A DNA stretch of 64,000 nt, taken from the human T2T-CHM13v2.0 reference genome, Homo sapiens. A program made the position numbers and the translations under genes. Each line of letters starts with the position of its first letter. The stretch's first letter is position 1. Where the stretch lies: assembly GCF_009914755.1 (NCBI RefSeq), contig NC_060928.1. One strand, 5' to 3'. Below the pieces are notes generated by a model. That model saw only the letters and a program-made list of their open reading frames with translations, was not told where the DNA came from and did no database searches. This document shows positions 15,246 through 29,582 of the stretch, piece after piece.

Positions 15246-16241
15246 TAGTAACATTCAGCGTTGCTATTGTTTTGCTTTGTATCTGTTCTGAACTCCCAAA
15301 AAAAAAAGGAACATTATCTATCTATCTATCTATCCAATGTTTTACATTTTTAATAGTCTGCAGTCTGTCACTGGGTTATGTTGTTTGTGTGTAAATGAAT
15401 GCATGGAGTGAAGTGAATGAAATTTACAATGTAACTTTAAAACTTTTGTTTCATACAAGGTCAATCCTCCCATATTTTCAAGGGCATTTAAATTCAGGTA
15501 CACATGGCCATGAACAGCAAAGGTAGCCTACAGCATGGAGGAGTGATTTATTTTTACAGTGTGCTTCTTATGCAATACTAGAAATTGAATTGATTTGCCC
15601 AGGAACAAAGATATTTTTTCTACGTTCAAAGCTGAGATCATTATATATACAATGGTGCACCAAGCTAATGTAACAAAATCAGCAACAAAAAAATATAGTC
15701 ACCATTCACAGGTACATTACTTTGTAGTGCTGAAGAGAAAGACATGGTTGAAAAATACTTTTTCTTAAGGGGACATGAATTAAAATTGCCCTGGTTCTTT
15801 TTAAGCTGAAGAGATTTATACATGTTAGGTTTGAGTTCAAAACAGCTAGACAAGGAATCTTATATCTTAAAGTGAAAGGTATTAATTTGTTAAAAAAATC
15901 ATACTATTTATAAATTTATATGTATTAGGTAAGGAACCACTCAGAACTCCAGAAAAAGTTGCTTAGAAAACTGGAAACAATTAGGCAAAATGTAAATTTC
16001 AAAATGGAAATAGTCAAGCTGAAGTAGGAGGAAGCAGTTAGAAATACTGGGTGTGTACATTTGTGAGTCAGCAAGTGAAAGATAGGAAGAAGGCAGCACA
16101 AAAAAACAAAGTATTATAGAAAGGAAATGAAGAGTTCATTTATACATAAAAGAAAGGGTGGCAAAACTGAAGGAAAAAAGCAACAGAGGCTATTTCGGGT
16201 AAGGACAAGACCTGGAAAGTAATAATGCCTCTAAGACATAC

Positions 16242-16301
16242 CTTCGTATCCTAAGTGGTTATCAAATGGGTGGATATCTGGATCAAGCCAGGTAGGGATT
16301 T
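16242..16301 (-). other. LRRC66: Candidate non-coding first exon of LRRC66 (5' boundary approximate)
   Basis: Strong donor GAAG|GTATGT at 16241; the coding exon starts with an acceptor, so an upstream exon is required; TSS not determinable from sequence; alternative donors at 16365 and 13820. Confidence 0.45.
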
Positions 16302-16657
16302 AAGACCTGAACCTTTGAGGCTCCACCCAACCTGCCATCAAGGCTGCCCAGTGGCCAGCCCTCACCCTTTCATCTCCGGCTTTGGCCTCCTGCCATGGTG
16401 ACAGTGTGCACTTTCCCCTAGGACACCAGGGAAGCACCACTGGAGAGAGGCCTTCTGCAATGCACAGAGAGGAGGGCATTCAAAACTTGGAATGTACAAC
16501 TTTCTAACTTTGAGTTCTAGGAGTCCAGAGAGATTACATAAATACTGACAGCGTCCCATTCTCAAGCCATATTTAAATTCATCACGTTCGCATGACTAAG
16601 TAGAAAACAGTTAATATATAACCCTTAAAAAATTAACAGCAAACAATTTACAGAATT

Positions 16658-16663
16658 TTTATT
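16658..16663 (-). terminator. SGCB: Distal SGCB poly(A) signal AATAAA
   Basis: tttatt on plus; downstream on minus TTGTTTGCTGTTAATTTTTT. Confidence 0.7.
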
Positions 16664-17314
16664 GTAAACAGAAGCTCATTACTAGTTATTACAAACTGAA
16701 TCAACTGAAACTCAAGTTAGCAATGTGAAACACATTTATAGGCTTATTTTTGTATACCATAATTGGTAATTTTTGCCCCCTCAATACTTTTAAGAAGACT
16801 GTTAAAATTTTCAGCATTTCAATGATCTCTTATTTGTCAGGTTTAGCACCATGACATTCTCATTCCCTTAAAAAAACACTCATTCAAATCTAGGTAGAAC
16901 TTCCACCTTTCATCATCAAAATTATCACACAAAATTTATTTTGTTTTTTTCACAATGCAAAAAGAAGACAAATAAGTATATTTTAAAATATTATCAGCAG
17001 TCCGTTTTGTGTGGTTTTACATTTTTCTGTCTGCCCATTATTAAGAAATCTTGCATTGATTTCATTTGCCCCCCTTGTCATTGCAACCCGTCTCTAGAAT
17101 ACTGTGGTAATTGAAACTAGCATGTACCTGCGCCCCCTCCCGGGGTCCTATCTTTGTCACCCACCTCCCCCATGGCTACTGCTTGTCATATCTGTGCTCA
17201 GTGCAGGGATGAGCATACAGCAGGAAGAGGCGAAGTCAGCATTTCATTTACAGAAAAATACTATCTGGTGGAGACAATGAGTTGCTGAAGATTTACTGTG
17301 GATAAAAATAAGCC

Positions 17315-17628
<314 letters not shown>

Positions 17629-18984
17629 AGAAAAGCCATAAGTAAAATGGAGAGTTTGCCCTGTTCTGCTTTCTAATAGATTTTCCAAGCTTATGTTTCA
17701 GGGAAAAAGCCAGGACTACCTGTAAAGTATCATAAAATGCTATGGCTGTTAACCTTCAGTTGTATAAAAACATCAAAATAGCCTCTCCTCTCAAAAGAAC
17801 TTCATGGAGATGTATCAAAAACACAAGTATTTCCCAAAAAAGAGTAAAAATAGATTATTTCCTGAACTACATTTAATAAATAATATTTTGTAATACAGTG
17901 TTTTCTGGTTTTTATAAAAATATTTACTTAAATAAACTTTTAAAATAAATCTAAATAGAGCAGATAAGTAATGAATATGCAATTTAATTTATGGACCATC
18001 TGAATAAAAATTTCGGCATTTTTTTCTGAATTCAGACATTAAATGATACTGAATATATTCAAATGAGTTCAAATATCACTGCAATAACACTCAAGTGGTT
18101 ATAAATCTCATTCTTTTCATTTAAAAACAGCGCTCAGTGTTAGGTAGTAAGTCAATCCAATTTCAGTATAAATTAATGACTTCATAATCTCTAAGGTATT
18201 TGATTTTTCTACCAGAGAGAAATGTGACAATATTGAATACAAATTGTTTTTTGTATTGGTTTTCTTATGTGCACAATTCAAAGTGACCCTGACAGAATGC
18301 TGTTACACTTGAATGCAGGGTTGGGCCCATGCCACAACTCTACTGCCTATTTTACAGCAAACTCCTTTGGGGGCCCTGTCCCTGATTCTGTGTGAGTCTT
18401 AATAATACCAGAGAGTTCTTTTCCAATCAAATATATTAAAAATCAACTGGCTTGAGGGTTATAAATAATTACAATGGGATAGTAATATTAGGAGCAGAGA
18501 TAAATTATTATCCTTACCTAAAAATTATGTGTATTATTTCCTGCATTAGCACTCTTTAGTCCAGTGCTTCTGGACTTATTTTCGAGGCATGGTGTACTTA
18601 CTAGGCCATGCCTGGCCCAAAGAACTTGTTTGGGTCTATGGCCTCCCCACTTTCCACTGTGTTGCCCCGAGTGCTGAGGGTATAAATATCTTGGCAACTC
18701 TGTTATGTATTGTTACTCCAGTGTGCCAAGGTCCATTGTTGGGAAACTGAGGTAACTCAGAAGTAGGTAAATTTGACCTCTCCATCGTATAATATTTTGG
18801 AATTGGCCCAACATAGCTTACAATCGGACAGTGATTGGTCCTTTCTGGGTCTGACATGAGATTTATTTTCTTTTTAACTAGAGTAAGCATATCTGTTTTG
18901 TTTGATTCTCATCTTCTTAGGTAAGTTTAAATTAACCTTTGTTCATCTTTCTAGAGTTTTAAATAATTAAAAAGTCAGTGCAGA

Positions 18985-19245
18985 GAGTGAAAACAACATG
19001 GCATTTGGAATCAAGTACATCCAGGTTTGAGTCATGCCTGAATTCCAATCCCAACTCTGCTACTTACTATATGATGTTGAGCAAGTTTCTTAACTTCTCT
19101 GATCTTCAGTTTCTTAATGGGTAAAACTTGGATAATACCACCTACTTGCAGGGTTGTGGTGAGAATTGGGGATATAAACATGCAATGCCTAGGACAATGC
19201 CTAGGATGTAGAAGATGCTCAATAAAGATAGTTATCATTATTATT
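18985..19245 (+). mobile_element. MIR in SGCB 3' UTR
   Basis: MIR core gagcaagtttcttaacttctctgatcttcagtttcttaatgggtaaaa...gctcaataaa. Confidence 0.7.
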
Positions 19246-19652
19246 TAAAAGTTAAAGCTGAGATGGTGTTTTAATTTCCACCACATTGTGAACAATTGAT
19301 AGTTATCATTATTTCAAATAAACATTCTTTTACAAAATATTTTCTTCCCAGTGCAAAACTAAGGAACCATTGTTTCTATCTCACATATGTAAAGTTCTTT
19401 AATGACTTCACTTGCATGTGAGAATATGGCTCAGGCTTAATGCACTAGAAATCTGCATCTTTCCTTTTAGAAGCTAAAAGGCAGAGCATGAAACGCTGAT
19501 GCCATACCTTTTTAAATATCTTAAGTGGGTCTATCCCCATTAGAGTTACCAAAGTTTACTTACAGTGAATCTAAACAGCTGCTTCAGACCTTTAACCTTT
19601 AGAAAAGGGATAGTGGAATTTTAAAAACACGTCTTTAAACATGACTTTTGAT

Positions 19653-19658
19653 TTTATT
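19653..19658 (-). terminator. SGCB: Proximal SGCB poly(A) signal AATAAA
   Basis: tttatt ~240 nt after stop; minus-strand GTGTTTTT downstream. Confidence 0.55.
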
Positions 19659-19894
19659 TGCTTCTCATAATTATTTTAGAGAACAGTAAATATGAAGATT
19701 AGTATAAATTAATAAAATGTATTAGAATTTAGGCTCTCTGAGAAGATTTTAACTATGTAGACCATAAAACAGATACAGCAGTGCTCTGCCATTAAAATAA
19801 TTATGAGTTATCACAAACTCTGTAAAAACAATGATTTGCATGCATAAAAAAGTCAAGTCAAGATATAAACATGTTGGTGACCTCTGGGGTTCTT

Positions 19895-20098
19895 TTAATG
19901 AGTGTTTCCACAGGGGTTGTCTGAGATTTGGCAGCCCATGTTCTGGCTGGTTACTTGCACCTTGAAGAGCGTCCCATCAGCACACATGCAGAGCTTGTAG
20001 CGTACCCAGTCACCACTACCCAACTGGTCTCCACTGGAGGAACTGGGTAGGCGGGTGGTGCTGACCATCACAGATCCATTTAGGATGATACTGTTTTC
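19895..20098 (-). CDS. SGCB: Beta-sarcoglycan exon 6 coding part (204 nt incl. stop)
   Basis: TAATAG|GAA AAC; ENSIILNGSVMVSTTRLPSSSSGDQLGSGDWVRYKLCMCADGTLFKVQVTSQNMGCQISDNPCGNTH*, with the sarcoglycan C-terminal Cys cluster. Confidence 0.97.
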   Translation of the reverse strand, partial: ENSIILNGSVMVSTTRLPSSSSGDQLGSGDWVRYKLCMCADGTLFKVQVTSQNMGCQISDNPCGNTH

Positions 20099-20484
20099 CT
20101 ATTAGGAGAATAGTAATATGATTTATTTACCTCCATGAGGGGGTACAGAACAAAGTCAGTAAACAAAACTTCCTGAAATATCAATGAGAAAAGCAAGCAG
20201 TAAGAAAGAGTAAAGTCACAAACAAAACAACAACAGCAACAATAAAAAACAAAATATCAGGATTCAATGAGTGACTTCTTCACTTCATATATCCATAACA
20301 TATGTAAATAAATCTGCAACATAATTCCTCTATTGTTAGTTAAAATTACATCAGAATTCCTAAGTTCATAATAAAATTGATGTTGATAAAGTTTCAGATC
20401 ATTTTCATTTGTAAGTCCTAAGAGAACTATAACAAAGGTACTGATTGGTAAGTTTGTGATCATGAGTACAAAAAGACTTTTCCT

Positions 20485-20932
<448 letters not shown>

Positions 20933-21009
20933 TTATTGTAGTTCCTTAAAATCCTTCTTTTTAGTGACTCTTAGGACTCTCTTGCTTTCTCCCTTTCCTC
21001 CTTTCTTCT

Positions 21010-22030
21010 TTTCATTCACTCAACAAATAATTACTGAGTGCCTGCTGTATGCCAGACACTATTCTAGGTGCTGGGGAATACAGCAGTAAGTAAAACAGGC
21101 AAAGCCCAAGTTCTTATTGAGTTGATGTTTTAATGGGGTAGGGGGAGACAATAAAAAAAATGAACAGTAAAACACATAAGACATCAGGTGGGATAAATGC
21201 TATGAGGAGAAATAAAGCAGGATAAGTAGAGAGTGAGCAGATGGGGACTGAGTTTTACACAGGGTGCTCAGGAAGGACCACCTGTGGTTTGATAAGGTCA
21301 CACATTCCAACAGAAACTAGAGGAAGTGAGGGAGGAAGCTGTCTAGGTAACTGGGGAAGGGTACTCAAAGCAGAGGTAACAGTGTCTGCAAAGGCCCCGA
21401 GGTGAAGATGTGCCTGGATTCCAGGGACAGCTATGAGGCCAGTGTGGAAGAAGCACGGAGGGTGAAGGGAACAACCAGTAGGAGATGAGTCAAAGAAATA
21501 ACTGAGGATCAGACATGTAGGCAGGGAATAGACTTTAGATTTTATTCCAAATTATACGGGAAGCATTTGGAGGATTCTGAATACAGAAATGACTTGATCT
21601 TTTTAAAATGGCCACTCTGGCTGTTGGGTAGAAAACAGACTATGGGAGTGAATACTTGGAAGTAAGAAGATCAGCCAGGAGGCTGTTCCAACCATCCAGG
21701 CAGGGAATGATGGCAGTTTACATCAGGGTGGTGATGGCCGAGGTGGTGAGAAACAGCAAGACTCTGTATCTTCTGAAGGTAGAGCCAGAAGGCTTTGCTA
21801 TGGACTGATGGGTGTCATTTAATGGTACAAGAATACTGAAAGAAATGCATGCTTGTGGGGATGGAGAATCTAACTTTTCAATTGTTAAATGTGAGATGCC
21901 TATCAGATATCAAAATGGATAATGTTAAGCAGGCAGCTAGATATGTAACTCTTAGTTCAGAGGAGAGGTTAAAGCACAATTCCAAATTTGGGAGGCATCG
22001 GCTTACAGAGGGTATTTAAAGCAAAGAGAG
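21010..22030 (-). mobile_element. L2 3' portion
   Basis: ttcattcactcaacaaataattactgagtgcctgctgtatgccagacact is the reverse of an L2 3' end; boundaries approximate. Confidence 0.7.
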
Positions 22031-22109
22031 AAAATTGGTTATAAATAATGGAGATGGTTAACTGATTATGCAGTGGTAGTATATGGAATAGACAGTAATT
22101 CTTAAGTGA

Positions 22110-22494
<385 letters not shown>

Positions 22495-23905
22495 TAAATT
22501 GCTTCTTAAACAGCTTTTTCAAAAAAGCAGTTTAATTGATAAAATTATTTCTAATGATTGGCTTATACACTTTAGAACTAACCACTGATATTAACGAAGT
22601 TATAAAGCTAATTATCTTTTTAATACTAGGTTATTTTCCTTTAACAGTAGAGAAACTGATATGTGTATATGTATATTTCAAAGTATTTAAATATTTGTCA
22701 TATTAACTACAAGGTAGAATGGGACAAGAAGTGGCAGGTAGAAAAAAATAAAAGGTTTGGTAAGTTGCTAATGGTCTCTAAACAAATCTCTTGCTTCTGT
22801 GACTTTCTACTGCTGAGAACAGCAGTTGTACTGTGGCTATTCTTCAACAGTGTTCTTAGAAGAATGGCTTCTTACACCACAATATACATACAAATTAACT
22901 CTGTAGGCAACTGAGTTTCTGGCAAGAATTACATTTTATGTCCATCTTTATTATTTAGAGATGGGATTATGTGTTCTGGGGGAAAAACTGCTTATAAAAG
23001 TAAAACAACTACTTTTAAAAAGTATTTTTCCCAGGAACTATGAAATTGAAATTTTTTTTAATAAGAAAGAATGATAAGTCCCTACGTTTAAGTTCACTTT
23101 TGTCATGTAATACTTGGTAAGACAAATTTAATTCGCTTTAATTAAATAGCATATTGCAGGTACCCAAAGGCATTTTGAATAAGTATACTTTGACCAGAAT
23201 TGTGAGACATTAAAAAGTTTTTGGACTTATGGCACATGAAATACCATACCTGTTAAAGTTCAGATTTAATCTGTTAAGCACAAAGAAAATTCACTTTCAA
23301 CAGCCACGATAAAGACAAAAACCTCTTTCCTTTACAATTAATAATAGATTAAAAATACATTTTTAATAAAAATATCTAAATAAAATAATTTTATAAATTT
23401 GCTAATTGTTTTTTTTCACATCATTGGATATGAAACTCAGGGAGGGATGTGAAAAATCTTTAATTAAAAACAACAACTACAAGGCATGAATATTTACTTT
23501 GATCTTCCAGAATTCTCTTTTAGAAGGTTTTTTTTTTTGCCTTCTAAAACAATACAAGTGATCATTATACAAAAAAAAAAAGAGAGAAAGAAACAGAAAA
23601 TACAGGCTAGTAGAAATAAAAATAAAACAAATAATCTGTTATCTTGCTATCCACAGCTAAACATTGTTGACATTCTGGCACACCCTGCTAGGTTTTTATA
23701 AACATACATATGTTCTGAAAAATAAAAATAATGAATTTCACAAATTGTTTTGTAACTTTCTTTTACTTCACAACCCACTTTGAACATCTTTCCATGTCAA
23801 AAAATAGACAATTATATCATTTTCAATAATTGTATACTATTCCACATATGGATTTATGTACCCAAGAACCTAATAATTCTCTTAAGCTCTTAAAAGAATA
23901 CTCAC

Positions 23906-24037
23906 CGCCTTTAACTCCATATTACCACCCATGTGAAATTCAATGGTTTTGCCCATAATGAATACACCTTCATTTCCACGCACAATAGCACGCCCATCAA
24001 CTTTTATATTTAAATCACTGGTAGCATTGCTGGTAAT
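23906..24037 (-). CDS. SGCB: Beta-sarcoglycan exon 5 (132 nt)
   Basis: TTTCAG|ATT...GCG|GTGAGT; ITSNATSDLNIKVDGRAIVRGNEGVFIMGKTIEFHMGGNMELKA. Confidence 0.97.
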
Positions 24038-24293
24038 CTGAAAATTTAAAAAACAAGTACTAAAAAGAGTTTCTAAATTAATGTGAGAATTGTTATCAGA
24101 GATAGAGAAATAGAAGCTTCAGTCATGAGAGATGAAAGTCAAATGTTTCTATTAATGTTTTAGAGATGTGGAAATTGAGATAAAGATGACTTGATAATGA
24201 TCACACAAGCTAGTTAATTACAAATCTAGAATTAATCCTTTCCGGTGTTCTGGAATATATTCTTTTATACTACTTTAAAACAGTATAACTCTC

Positions 24294-24859
<566 letters not shown>

Positions 24860-25615
24860 CTTCAAAAAAAACAGTTTATTGTGAATATATTTTCAAAGAA
24901 GACTGCAAACAAAATTCCTGAACAATATATTTTAAAAATTACAAAAATTACAGAAATTTAAAAACCCCAATAACAGACTAACTTCAAATACGTTTAACTC
25001 TGTCTGTTCTCCCTCCATCCACTTGGAAGAAGAGTTCTTTAGAATGAAGGTTTATACATTTATTTGCTCATTAGCTCTGCAAAAATGCATGAGTCATGGA
25101 GGAACATGGCCCAAGGCCTAAGATAGGCAGGGGTGGTGGTAAGAATACCTCCTTGAGGTTTTATTCAGTTGAAAACTATGTTTTCAGCTCTTGGCATGGG
25201 ATGCCACTGACTAGATTGGCATATTCTCTTCAAGAGCCCCCAAAACTACAGAGTATTCTCACCTGGGAAAGTGCTTTCTTAATGGCTTCCTCATATGGAG
25301 GAGAAAAGAGTAACCTATGTATTCTCATACAAATTACATCTGTCATAGAAAATGCTACCATTGAACAAAATCTCAAATATTAAGAAATCATCTAATTTTA
25401 ACAGATGATAAAAGCAATAGTATTATTAAATATTAATATTTATGGATGTTTTAAACTGTATTCACTATATTCATACATTTATAGATATATTATAAATATA
25501 CTAATTTTTCTAAGGGAAAATATCTCTTTCCAATAATCAACTAGGTTTTTGCAAAGTATTTTTCTCTAATGCCCCTCTCCTGTTTGCATTTCTTTCAGTT
25601 AATGTGGCAACTTAC

Positions 25616-25801
25616 AGGCTGGTTGTTGCCAGTGATGACCAAATTTTCATTTCGCCTTCCTCCTACTGTGCTTTTATAAAGAGGGTGGATCACTCCCATG
25701 TCAGATACTTGCTTAAATCGAAGCAGGCCACTTTCATGAAACTCCATACTATCACAGCCATTTGGTCCAATGCGAATCACGGCCCAAATAACAAGTGTTA
25801 T
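25616..25801 (-). CDS. SGCB: Beta-sarcoglycan exon 3 (186 nt)
   Basis: TTTTCAG|ATA...CCT|GTAAGT; ITLVIWAVIRIGPNGCDSMEFHESGLLRF...GNNQP. Confidence 0.97.
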
Positions 25802-27272
25802 CTGAAAAAGAACACAAGTCCACTGTTGGTAGGCCGCATACATTTAATGTAATTGGAAAACAAATAGAAAATATTATCACCAAAATGTTAAAGACCTCCT
25901 AAAATGTTTTATCAGTGAGGTAAATATATCAATTAATTTTCCACTTATAAACAAAACGAATTTTATTTTTATTAAGGTATTACATGCAAATAGCTAAAAG
26001 TCAAAATGTGCTAAAGGTCTATAATTTAAAATGAATAGTTTCTTATTTTTTCTACCCTCTCCACATCTCATTCCCAGGAACAATCACTTTCAACAAATTT
26101 AGCTATTTCATCTAGAATTTATCTCCTTATTTCTAAATATATGTATTTCTTCTAAACATATATTTCTAAAATATCTAACAAATATTTCTTCTAAATATGT
26201 TATTTCTTCATTTATCATAATTTAGGTTTTATTATTAATTTTCTATTTTAGCAGATGATAAATTTAGCTCATTTATATCTCTTTTCTTTTCCAGCTCCAA
26301 TCTCAAGTTTTAATTAAATCCAAGGTCATTATTTTCAGTATTACAACCATATAAATATTGTTCATTACCAAACCAAATATGTCCTATAATGGCAGTTTCT
26401 TTCCTGTACCTTGTCTCTCAGAATTTAATACTTCATTTTCCTTAGTTTCTTTAAAAATCTAATTAATCTCAAATCCTCCACTATTTCTGTAAAATCTCTC
26501 AATACAATTTTCTGTAGGTCTGAGCCTCTCAGATAATATATTAGTTCTATTTTTCTCTCTCAGGAAATCTTTCTGGAACCTGTATCTTTCTGGTTTGGTC
26601 TGCGTGGGCTGGACTGGTCTGTATGGGCCCCCTGCACAGCTGTAATCATAAACTTTCCCTTACGTTCATGCTGAACTTCCTTTTGTCTTTCTCTTCTGAT
26701 AGACACCCAGTTTCCTGTATCCTCATCTTTCTTTTGGTAGAGCACATCCTCCAGTGGCTTCTAAGCAATGTATGAGAAGTAAAATTTTTTGGAAAGTGTG
26801 CATGGCAAAAATACGTCTTTATAATGCTTCATATTTGATTGCTGGACTGGCTAAGTATACAATTCTAGATGGAAAATTATTTTCTTTCTGAATTTTGAAA
26901 GCCATTGCTTTATTGCCTTCCAGGTCCCAATGCTGCTTTTGGGAGGTCCTATTCCATTCTGATTTTGTATTCTTTATACATAACCTGCTTTTTTGCCCCC
27001 TCTGGAAGATATTAGGATCTTTTATTACTGGTTTTCTTAAATTTCATAATAATGGCCTTGTTGTGTCTTTTTATGCATTACGCTGGACCCAGTATGGTAG
27101 TTTTCAATCTGTTCTAGGAAATTTTCTTGACTTATGTATTTGATCATTTCCCCCCCAGTGTTTTCTGTGCTCTTTCTGAAACTCCTATTAACAGCATGTT
27201 AGAGCTCCTGAGTTGATTAATTTTGTTGAAATTTCTGGAAGAGTTTTTTTATCTTCTAATGTCTTCTGTCTA

Positions 27273-27339
27273 TCTACCTACCTACCTACCTACCTACCTA
27301 TATCCATCTACCCACCCACCCATTCATCTCTGTGTGTGT

Positions 27340-27392
<53 letters not shown>
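27273..27392. repeat. Compound microsatellite (CCTA)n and (TG)~31 in SGCB intron 2
   Basis: Directly visible; TG run 27331-27392 with one TA interruption. Confidence 0.95.
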
Positions 27393-27393
<1 letters not shown>

Positions 27394-29087
27394 ACGCGCA
27401 TATCTATGAGTTCTTAATTGTTCCTTTTAATTTTTTTTTTTTTTGGTAGAGACAGGGTCTCACTTTATCAGGCATGAGCCACTGTGCCTGGCTTGTGCCT
27501 TTTAAATGGCATGTTATTCTTGTTTCATTGATGCAGTATATTCTTATTTCTCTGAAAATACTGAATTTAGGGCTTTTGTTTTTTTGGTAGTTTTTGTGGC
27601 ATTTTCTCTATTCCATGAGTTTCTATTTTTTCCATGGTTTAGGAGTTTTCATCTCTATCATTTTTCAATTCTTGGCACTTTCCTCAAAAGTCTATTGATC
27701 CCTGGCTCAGTATTCATACTTAGTGATGAATTCATAGAAAATTATTTGAGGGGTAGGGCTTGTGACTGACAGGTGTCACAAGAGGGAAATTACATGGCTT
27801 TTTCACCGGGACTTGCCAAATGACAGTATCTTCAGATCTTTTTTCTATATGCATCAGGAATCCCAGAGAAGGCTCTTCTGTCTCTTGCCTGGCTGCCAGG
27901 GAGCTGGAGGTGGAGAATGAGGAAAAGAGAGCGTGGGAAAGGGAGTCTCAGGACCCAGACTTTCCTGTTTCAGTATGGAAACCCAACCCCTACCCTCCAG
28001 TATCCGCAGGCAGATAGAATCCTCTCTGGTCCAGTGTGTCCAGAGACACACTAGTTTTGTATGACATTAGGAGGGGTAGCTGTCTAACTGCTGGCTGGAA
28101 GGGAGAGGAGGCCTAGGGATCTCACTGCTTCTTATACAGATTTTCAAATGACTTCTCTGTTTTCAGTTCTTGCCTCACTTCTGCTTTTCAAGGTACTGGA
28201 ACTTCTAATTCCCAAGGCTTTTTAGGGTTCTACAAGGTACTTCCACCAACATCCCCTCCCCAACAAGCAGATTCTCCTCTCTGATAAGTTATCTGCCATT
28301 GTTCCTCCTACTTTGTGTCTTCATTTATTATGATTTAGGATTTCAGTTGCTTCCGACTTTCTTCAAAGATATTTCTGTTTCGTGACATTGTTACTTTGGA
28401 ACGAGCTTTTTAGAGAAGAAGATAAAAATGTCTTTATGCTGCCATCTTGACCAGAAGTCTCCGATAAAATACATTTATAAAATAAAATGCATTCAGATTT
28501 GTGCTCCTAGTAAAAATTTATATATCTAATATGAAATATATAGGAAGAGGTCTTTCTGATTTGAGTGAAGAATTAGACAGAAGTGCTTTGGACATACATA
28601 AATACAAAAAGACTGCCTTGCATGCATTAGAAGTAGAAAATAACACAAAAAGAATCACTTCAAAACTGCTGCAGACTATGTTCATGATCAGTCTTAAGTA
28701 TATCAATAATCATTCCTTCTGAAAATATCTGTACATGCACATGCCAGAGTTTCAGATTTAACCCCAGACAGTCACAACTTCAGATTAAAAGGATTTCTTC
28801 ATTAAAAAAGCAAATATCTTTGGAAAAGGCATCCTATCAGGTCCTCAGTACTTTAGTGTGAATCAGCCTACCAGATTCTTGCATCCTTTGACAACGGGGA
28901 CTTAGGACTATAAAATATAACCTTTTACTGCCATCAAAGGGTTTAAAATTTTAAAATCCAGCTGAGGAGGCAACATTAAATGTAGGAAAAGTTAAATGAA
29001 AACAGAAAGGATTATATTTTTAAGGAGATGTGAAAGCAATAAAATCATCTTGGCAAAGTTCTCTTCTATTGAGTTGATCCTATCCTT

Positions 29088-29126
29088 ATTAAAAGTCTCA
29101 TGCTCTACCGATTGAGCTAGGTGGGA
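29088..29126 (-). pseudogene. tRNA-Lys 5'-half retropseudogene
   Basis: Minus strand TCCCACCTAGCTCAATCGGTAGAGCATGAGACTTTTAAT; 34/39 identical to tRNA-Lys(CTT) nt 1-39 as recalled; flanked by an 11 bp imperfect direct repeat. Confidence 0.8.
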
Positions 29127-29372
29127 GCCTCATAATTCTATCCTTGCTAAAAATTAAGTCCATTAAAGGGATAAACCCATGCACATTTTTTTGTAAATGA
29201 AATTAATATATGAAAATATTAGCACACTAGTTTTTTTAATAAAGTATTCATTAAAATTCAGTAAGAGACAAGACATGTATAGAAAAGGAGAAAATAAAGT
29301 CTATGATTTCACTATAAAGCAGATAAAAAATTCCCCATGGCAATTAAAATGAGTATTCTTACAAATACTCAC

Positions 29373-29582
29373 TATTAAATTGATGACAGCCAGGATAAAC
29401 AAGAGGATAATCACACAGATGGCTAAATTGCCCTTTCTTCCTCTCAACCCTGTTTTGTGGAGACGATCTTCATCAATCGGAATGTATCCAGCTTTAAAGT
29501 TACTGTTGTGCTCTTTATTGACACTCCTTCTCTCAACAGCCTTCTCACGCATGGACTTCTTTACAGGACCATTGGAACTTTG
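29373..29582 (-). CDS. SGCB: Beta-sarcoglycan exon 2 (210 nt; cytoplasmic domain and start of TM helix)
   Basis: TTTTTAG|CAA...ATA|GTGAGT; QSSNGPVKKSMREKAVERRSVNKEHNSNFKAGYIPIDEDRLHKTGLRGRKGNLAICVIILLFILAVINLI. Confidence 0.97.

Noticed and set aside
18765-18779. Near-palindromic ERE-like AGGTAAattTGACCT in the SGCB 3' UTR
   Set aside because: A single one-mismatch motif is plausible by chance in 64 kb; no supporting context.
27430-27492. Tiny Alu-like piece (gtagagacagggtctcact...caggcatgagccactgtgcctggc)
   Set aside because: Internally deleted Alu monomer remnant; no sign of function.
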